Assembly: GCA_963729895.1 (NCBI GenBank)
Contig: CAVSQB010000026.1
Span: forward strand, 32,001-96,000
DNA length: 64,000 nucleotides
Origin: an uncultured Fibrobacterota bacterium
GTDB taxonomy: Bacteria; Fibrobacterota; Chitinivibrionia; Chitinivibrionales; FEN-1185
Direction of reading: 5' to 3'
Position 1 is the first letter of the stretch; every line of letters begins with the position of its first letter. The notes under the pieces are model-generated. The model did not search any database, was not told the origin of the DNA, and saw only the letters and a program-made list of their open reading frames with translations. Below, in pieces: positions 57,968 to 64,000 of the stretch. A program made the translations under genes and the position numbers.

Positions 57968-58714
57968 TTACAGCTCCCGCTCTTGTTTCTTATCATCCAT
58001 CAGCGACTTAAGCATATCGCCGTCGCTTCCTAAAATTCCTGCCATGTTTTCATAACACTTCTTATCAATCAATTCAAGTAATTCCGACGGGCGCTGAATC
58101 ACCGCCTTCGCTCCATGGCCGACAAGCTCGTCCCTTCCCCGAAATCCCCAGAGCGCGCCTACTGGAAACATTCCCGCCGCAACAGCAGTCTCCATATCGG
58201 TGCCAGAATCGCCTACGTAAACACATTCGGCAGGCACGACGCCGAGCGCCTTGGCCGCCTCAAGCGCGATTGCGGGGTCCGGTTTTGTCGGAACGCCTTC
58301 TCGCTCGCCGAGCACAGCGCCAAAGGGGATGTCTGAAAACAGAGTCTCCACCGACCGGACGGCAAGCCCTTGAGGCTTGTTGGTGACCACCGCGCAGCGG
58401 ATATTCCTTTTGACAAGTTCGCGCAGAAGCTCCGGAACCCCGGCATAGGGTTTTGTTTTGACAAGCAGGCGGGCGCCGTATTCCCTTCCGATCGCGGCAA
58501 GGCACGCGCGGGCGTCAGCCTCGCCCCGGCGGCCGGGCGGGAGCACCCTGCGCGCGAGCACGCCGATGCCTTCGCCCACGAACCGCCTGTATGCATCTTT
58601 CGGGTGCACGGGCAACCCGAGCGACGCCAGCGCCCGGTTCACGGCATCGGCGATGTCTTCCAGTGTGTCAAGCAATGTCCCGTCGAGATCGAACAAAACG
58701 GCCTTGCACTCCAT
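57968..58714 (-). CDS. HAD family phosphatase (phosphoglycolate phosphatase-like) with an atypical C-terminal tail
   Basis: FDLDGTLLD, TNK, KPDP and YVGDS.TD motifs. Confidence 0.92.
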   Translation of the reverse strand: MECKAVLFDLDGTLLDTLEDIADAVNRALASLGLPVHPKDAYRRFVGEGIGVLARRVLPPGRRGEADARACLAAIGREYGARLLVKTKPYAGVPELLRELVKRNIRCAVVTNKPQGLAVRSVETLFSDIPFGAVLGEREGVPTKPDPAIALEAAKALGVVPAECVYVGDSGTDMETAVAAGMFPVGALWGFRGRDELVGHGAKAVIQRPSELLELIDKKCYENMAGILGSDGDMLKSLMDDKKQEREL

Positions 58715-58723
58715 ACAACGATG

Positions 58724-59764
58724 TTACCCCTTTATGGAAAACCTAAGTGAAGCGATGTGGTCCCTGATCTCGAACAACCGTTCCCCGCTCCGCACAAAAG
58801 CGATGCACCCGATAACCGCTTGCGGCATCAGCACGATAACAAAGAACAGCACCGAGAACCCGGCGGCCTTTGTCGCGTCCACGCCGAACAGGACGAGCCC
58901 GAGCTTGCACAGGAACTGGAACGTACCTACGTTCGACGGCGTGTTGGGAATAATGAGGCCCACAAACACGAAAAGCAGGATGGCTGCCGCAACGGTAAAC
59001 GGCAGCGTTATGCCGTAGGCTATCATGATGATCCAGAACGCCGCGATGTGAAAAAGAAAATCGAGCGACGACACGCAAAGAGAAACCCAGAACAGCCCCG
59101 ACCTGCCGACCACGCGCAGCCCGGTTCGTATGGTGTCGACGAACGACACCGCTGCCCGGACCGGCCCAAATGACTGCCCGGGAATTCCGGCGGTGAACAC
59201 GGACTCGGAGATTCGGAAAAATACGAAGAACACGAACAGGACAACGGCAGCAAGAACGGCAATGCCCAGAATCCGTGCGGCAAGCACGACGTTTGAGGGA
59301 AGCGGGACAACGAGCGCAACGGCGCCGATGCCCACGGCAAGCCAGATGCCGTCAATCAGGTATTCCGCAAACATCGTCGCCACGGCGGCCGGGAACGTCG
59401 CGCCGGAATAGCGGGACCCGAGATAGGCGCGTCCGATCTCGCCCATGCGAAGCGGCAGGATGAGGTTGAGAAAAATGCCGGCGTACAGCGCCTTGAAGGT
59501 CTGTGCAATGGAGATCCTTCCGAGCGGCCTGAGCAGGCAATTCCAGCGGATGCTCTGGGTGACGTACCTGCCGATGTCAACGATCATTCCCAAAAGCGCA
59601 ATCGGCCAGCTTATATGCAGGATGTCGCGCCAGAGCCGGGCCAGATCCACGTCGTGAAACACCCAGTAGAGCGCGGCTCCTGCAACGCAATACACGGCCG
59701 CGGAACGGACCGCAGGGCCGTGTTTGAAAAATGACTTCCGGGATGACGGGGATTTTCCGTTCAT
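58724..59764 (-). CDS. Lysylphosphatidylglycerol synthase TM / UPF0104 flippase-like membrane protein
   Basis: RW..LL, N.ILPLRMGE..R and P.TPSNVG.F motifs with many TM helices. Confidence 0.85.
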   Translation of the reverse strand: MNGKSPSSRKSFFKHGPAVRSAAVYCVAGAALYWVFHDVDLARLWRDILHISWPIALLGMIVDIGRYVTQSIRWNCLLRPLGRISIAQTFKALYAGIFLNLILPLRMGEIGRAYLGSRYSGATFPAAVATMFAEYLIDGIWLAVGIGAVALVVPLPSNVVLAARILGIAVLAAVVLFVFFVFFRISESVFTAGIPGQSFGPVRAAVSFVDTIRTGLRVVGRSGLFWVSLCVSSLDFLFHIAAFWIIMIAYGITLPFTVAAAILLFVFVGLIIPNTPSNVGTFQFLCKLGLVLFGVDATKAAGFSVLFFVIVLMPQAVIGCIAFVRSGERLFEIRDHIASLRFSIKG

Positions 59765-59812
59765 TGCACGCTGCTGCTTCCATAACCGGAAAACCGGTGA
59801 GGGGAAATGCCG

Positions 59813-61627
59813 CTAGGGCCGCGCCGCCGGAGCCCCGTTGTCGGGCGAAATGAACCTGTCGAGCGCCTTGGCGGCCTGGAGGCAGAAGTTGAGGAATATT
59901 TCCTTGTCTTTCTGCGTGAAATGCTTGAGCGCGTATAAATCGATCGACTTCTTGTCGTACAGCGAAAGCGTCCCGATGATCCTGCCGTTGCGTTCGAGGT
60001 ACATGCTGAGCACCGAACGCGAGTCCGCGCCCACCCATGCATAGTCCGACTTGCTCAGGTCCTTGATGAGCAAGGCGCTTTTGTTGCGTATGACGTCGCG
60101 GCTGATGATCCCGTCGAGCGCCTCGACTTCCTTGAGGCGGGAGAACGTCTGCAATGAAAACGAATCGAGCACGTCGAGCGCCTGGGTTGCCTGATTGTAA
60201 AGGCGGAGTATGGAGCTCTCCGCTTCGAGGATGATGCACGCGTGCGAGTTGAGCAGGTTTGCCAGCTCGGTCTTGCTGCGCGCCGAAGCAAGGTCGAACG
60301 ACACTTCGGATATGGCGGAGAACTTTATGGACTGCACCCGGAAGGCCTCCATTTCGAGGCTCTTTGAAAGCTCGGCCGCAATCATGTCGCCCACTTTGTT
60401 GAGCAGCGCCGACTCCTCTTTCATGTCCTCGGCATCCGAGACAACGTGCAGAAACAGGAGCCCCACCATGTCGCCGCCCGTGCGCACGGGCTGCATGAGG
60501 TACCACTTCTTTCCGCCGTCCTTCTTGTCGGGCACGCACAGGGCCACGGCATCGCTGCTTTCGAGCACGAGTTTGGAGAAATAGTCGTTGAGTTTGAGTT
60601 TCTTCCCTTTTATCAATCCAAGGTTGAATGAACTCGACGCCTTGGCCAAAAAGACGCCCTTGTCGGAGTAGAAATCGTAGTAGTTGCAGATTTCGCCGGA
60701 AAACGCGGTGACGAGTTTGAGCAGCAAAAGGTTCACCCGCTCGTCGAACGAATACTTGAGGGTGAGGATATCGCGGGCGTTGTTGAGCAACGACAGCAGG
60801 AACGTGGAACTGGCGGACCGCTCGTATTCCTTGGACGTCTTGATGATGTCGGCCGTGAAATCGCTGAGCTTCTTCACATAGGCGAGATCGCCCTCCGAAA
60901 AGACGCGCTGTTCGGTCTTACTGTTGATGCTCAGGACGCCCACCACTTCCTTTCCTATCACAAGCGGCGTGCAAATGGAAGAGACAAGGTCTTTGCGCTC
61001 AAAATCGGCTGCATAGCGTTCCCGGTCGGCGGCGCCCTTGATGAGCAAGGGAATGCCTGTCCGCGCCACGGTGCCAGCAATGCCCTTCCCCACTTTCTGC
61101 GTGGTCGACTTGACAATGCCCGCATCCAGGCCGTCGGCGATCTCGATCTTGAGCGTTTTTTTCTGCGGGTCGACAAGCATGATGGATCCCGAATCCGCCC
61201 CGCTCGACCGGATCGCGACGTTGAGCACCAGCTTGAGCAGCTCTTCCTTATTTTTCGACAGGTAAATGGCCTCGCGAATCTCGTGCAGGCTGTTGAGCAG
61301 CCTGGTCTTGTCTTCGGTAATGCCCGACCCGAGCAGGTCGCTGGCGCCTGCCGTAAACAGGATGCGAGCCGACAGCCCGCTGAGGATGTCCACGTTGGGC
61401 AGGTTGAGCTTGCGGAGCGCGCGGTACACCGCGGCGTCGTTGGTGGTGTTAATGATGATGTCGAGCTGGGGGAAATGCTTGAGGTCGCCCAGATCTTCGG
61501 CATCGTGGTTGACAATACGGATTACACGCACGCCATCGGTATCGAGCAACTCCAACAGGAGTGCCGCGCTCTCATGGTTGATCCCCACGAGAGCAACGGT
61601 GCGCGACTTTGATTTGATGAGCTGCAT
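59813..61627 (-). CDS. Multi-GAF-domain protein with no recognisable output domain
   Basis: GSIMLVD...GKGIAG.VA..G.P...SSICTPL...VVGVLSIN...FSEGD, then further GAF-like segments to the C-terminus. Confidence 0.8.
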   Translation of the reverse strand: MQLIKSKSRTVALVGINHESAALLLELLDTDGVRVIRIVNHDAEDLGDLKHFPQLDIIINTTNDAAVYRALRKLNLPNVDILSGLSARILFTAGASDLLGSGITEDKTRLLNSLHEIREAIYLSKNKEELLKLVLNVAIRSSGADSGSIMLVDPQKKTLKIEIADGLDAGIVKSTTQKVGKGIAGTVARTGIPLLIKGAADRERYAADFERKDLVSSICTPLVIGKEVVGVLSINSKTEQRVFSEGDLAYVKKLSDFTADIIKTSKEYERSASSTFLLSLLNNARDILTLKYSFDERVNLLLLKLVTAFSGEICNYYDFYSDKGVFLAKASSSFNLGLIKGKKLKLNDYFSKLVLESSDAVALCVPDKKDGGKKWYLMQPVRTGGDMVGLLFLHVVSDAEDMKEESALLNKVGDMIAAELSKSLEMEAFRVQSIKFSAISEVSFDLASARSKTELANLLNSHACIILEAESSILRLYNQATQALDVLDSFSLQTFSRLKEVEALDGIISRDVIRNKSALLIKDLSKSDYAWVGADSRSVLSMYLERNGRIIGTLSLYDKKSIDLYALKHFTQKDKEIFLNFCLQAAKALDRFISPDNGAPAARP

Positions 61628-61639
61628 ACAAGTACTGTA

Positions 61640-63034
61640 CTATTCCACACCGAGGAATTTCAACAACAGGCGCACGCCGAAGCCCGTGGCGAACTGGGGC
61701 ACTTCCCCCTGCGCCGGTTCTTCGTTGAACGCTGTTCCTGCAATGTCAAGATGCGCCCACGGCGTTGTCCCCACGAATTCCCGGATGAACGCCGCGCCCG
61801 TAATCGAACTGGCGTAACCTTTTTTGAAGCTGCTGACGTTGCGCAGGTCCGCGATGTCGCTCTTGATCGATTCGGCGTATTCGTCGTACAGCGGGAAACG
61901 CCAGAGGCGCTCGCCCGATTCCTCGCCCGCGGCGAACAGACGCTTCGCGAGGTCGTCGTCGTTTGAGAACAGCCCGGCCACGCTCGTGCCCAGGCTTGTG
62001 AGGATCCCTCCGGTGAGGGTGGCAAGGTCGATGATGCGGGACGGTTTGCGCGTTTCCCTGCAATAGGCGATGGCGTCTGCGAGCACGAGCCTTCCCTCGG
62101 CATCGGTGCTCGCGATTTCAACCGTGGTGCCGTTGTAGGCCGCGTAGACGTCTCCGGGGAAAAAGGCGTGCTCGCCGATGGCGTTGTGCGCAAGCGCACA
62201 CACGCCTACCACGTTTATTCTGGGCTTCAGGCCGGCAAGCGCCTTCATGACGCCCAGGACGGCCGCGCTGCCCGCCATGTCGGACCGCATGGTTTCGATA
62301 TGGCCCGTCGGCTTGAGGTTCTGGCCGCCCGAATCGAAGGTGATTCCTTTTCCGACGATTGCGGTGGAATCTCTTGATCCGGGATTCCCGCGGTACTCGA
62401 TCACGACAAGCCGGGGCGGATACTCGGACCCCTGGCCTACCGCGGCAAGCAGGCGAAGCCCCTTCTTTTCGATTTCCTTTTCGGTAAGCACTTCGACGGC
62501 AAGGTTGCCGCTTTTTGCGATGGACAGGGCGGAACCGGCCAGGAACTCCGGATGCGCGACATGCGCATTTTCGTTGACAAGATCGCGGCTGAAATTGACG
62601 CACTCGCATATGGAAACGATGCGGAGCGCGTCCCGCTGCGGTATGCCGTCGCCCACAAGTTCGAGGGACGAAACCGCGCGGCCTTTTTCCTTCTTGTACT
62701 TGGTGAATGCGTAGCCGCCGAGAAGCGCGCCTTCGATGGCGGGCGTCGAGTGGTCGCGCACGTGCCGTCCCGATCGCGGGACGGTCACCGACACGTCGGT
62801 CCTCTTGAGCGCGAGCGCCAACCTGATCCCGGTGCCTGCCGCGGCCCGGATGGTTGCCGCCGTGACCTTGTCGGCTTCGCCCAGCCCGCAATAGATAAAC
62901 GCTTTTTTCCCGTCGTAACGAACCGTAACGCCGTTCTTCTCCGCTTCGAAATCCGGGACGCCGGCCGTGTTCTCCTTTGTCAGAAACACGATCTGGGTCT
63001 GGAAATGCGCGGTCTTGGAAATGGTAAGCTTCAT
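61640..63034 (-). CDS. pepA: Leucyl aminopeptidase (M17)
   Basis: VGKGITFDSGG, DMAGSA, TDAEGRLVLAD, DLATLTG and WAHLDIAG motifs. Confidence 0.95.
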   Translation of the reverse strand: MKLTISKTAHFQTQIVFLTKENTAGVPDFEAEKNGVTVRYDGKKAFIYCGLGEADKVTAATIRAAAGTGIRLALALKRTDVSVTVPRSGRHVRDHSTPAIEGALLGGYAFTKYKKEKGRAVSSLELVGDGIPQRDALRIVSICECVNFSRDLVNENAHVAHPEFLAGSALSIAKSGNLAVEVLTEKEIEKKGLRLLAAVGQGSEYPPRLVVIEYRGNPGSRDSTAIVGKGITFDSGGQNLKPTGHIETMRSDMAGSAAVLGVMKALAGLKPRINVVGVCALAHNAIGEHAFFPGDVYAAYNGTTVEIASTDAEGRLVLADAIAYCRETRKPSRIIDLATLTGGILTSLGTSVAGLFSNDDDLAKRLFAAGEESGERLWRFPLYDEYAESIKSDIADLRNVSSFKKGYASSITGAAFIREFVGTTPWAHLDIAGTAFNEEPAQGEVPQFATGFGVRLLLKFLGVE

Positions 63035-63515
63035 GTGTATACCTTCGTCTGATATCACGGACGGTGAAGATGGATCGTTGATATTCTAAAATAATTTTGG
63101 AATGGTGCATGAAGAAGAAAAGACTTTATGCACGCACTGCTCTTTTCGAATCCTCACCGCCAGGCCCGAGGCCGGAACCAAGCTAAAGATACAGGCGTCT
63201 CCGCCAGTGAAAAATGCCCAAGAGTTGTGGCTGTTGTACCATGCTCGATGTCTTGTTTTGTGCTCATTTAATTGCTGTGGGTTAAATTCCTCGAAGCTTG
63301 CTTCGGGTAGTTCATTTACCGGAGTAATAATATCAATGCGTTAAACATGATGATCGGACGCTCAGGTAATCTCAGGGACACTTTTTTATCGGCAATGTTT
63401 GACAAGATGAGTACTTTGGTGATATATTATAGATTATTGTCATAATAATGCCGGACAGTCGCATTTTTTGCCGAGACCATCGAAATCCGGGATAGTTACT
63501 CCTCGGGGGCTCGCG

Positions 63516-64000
63516 ATGAAAAACCTGGGAAGCGTTGCAGTAAGGTTGCTGGCCGGCATGCTCCTGCTGGGCGCATGGTCAGACGCTCAGGTCCTTGTTC
63601 CCGCCGCCATTGCGTATCCCCAGCCGGTTCTCACTCCTGCCGCGCCGACGCAGAACGACAGCGTCGGGCTGTGGCTTGTCCTCGGTCAATCCGACAATTC
63701 CTGCGTGCCGACGTATACCGGGTCGTTCAAAATCACGCAGGTGAGCAAGTTCCTCTGCGTGCAGTCGCCATGCCCCCAGAACTATGTAATCTCCCTTACC
63801 TATTCAGAAAATCCGCCGCTGTTGCTTGGCCGGCCGTGCCTCGCCGTCGTCACCAACTACGGTCCGCAATTCGCATTCGGCAAGCTTGCCGTGGGGACCT
63901 ACACGGTTGTCGACAGCACGGGCGGGGGCGCGACCGTGGCGACATTCATGGTTACCCAGGAACTCGTTTCCTACAAGGTGAGCGGCAGCGTGATCCGGGA
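63516..64000 (+). CDS. Exported protein, 5' part; runs off the window edge
   Basis: Manual translation MKNLGSVAVRLLAGMLLLGAWSDAQVLVP..., open to the window end. Upstream TTGACA-N18-TATATT near 63399. Confidence 0.7.
   Translation, partial: MKNLGSVAVRLLAGMLLLGAWSDAQVLVPAAIAYPQPVLTPAAPTQNDSVGLWLVLGQSDNSCVPTYTGSFKITQVSKFLCVQSPCPQNYVISLTYSENPPLLLGRPCLAVVTNYGPQFAFGKLAVGTYTVVDSTGGGATVATFMVTQELVSYKVSGSVIR

Noticed and set aside
63102..63344. 80-aa plus-strand ORF between pepA and the last gene
   Set aside because: Atypical composition with no clear RBS or motif; likely a divergent promoter region or gene debris.

Overview
A 64-kb bacterial chromosome segment of moderately high GC, mostly housekeeping genes. 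The gene content suggests a Gram-negative anaerobe, possibly Fibrobacterota/Chitinivibrionia-like; this is inference only. Core blocks are: the start of the dcw cluster (mraZ-rsmH-ftsL-ftsI), a phosphohexomutase, engB-mlaE-mlaF-mlaD-TPR lipoprotein, trpD, aroD, two radical SAM genes, a two-component pair, uppS-cdsA-dxr-rseP, the yceD-rpmF-plsX-fabH-fabD-fabG-acpP-fabF-rnc operon, ssb, panB, glyA with a ZTP riboswitch, and pepA. Mobile DNA comprises two apparently identical 1305-bp DDE insertion sequences with 4-bp target duplications, one IS5 element, a hicBA module and toxin-antitoxin debris. Three things stand out. (1) A 7-kb cluster joins a type III PKS, two methyltransferases, a dedicated ACP/FabF-like pair and a U32 Fe-S protein with no flavin monooxygenase, a candidate O2-independent alkylresorcinol/alkylquinone pathway. 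(2) Two different dispersed non-coding repeats each occur in two diverged copies whose differences preserve base pairing, so they are candidate structured RNAs or non-autonomous elements. (3) Tandem NrdR-like boxes lie upstream of the cell-division operon. No CRISPR array, tRNA or rRNA was seen.
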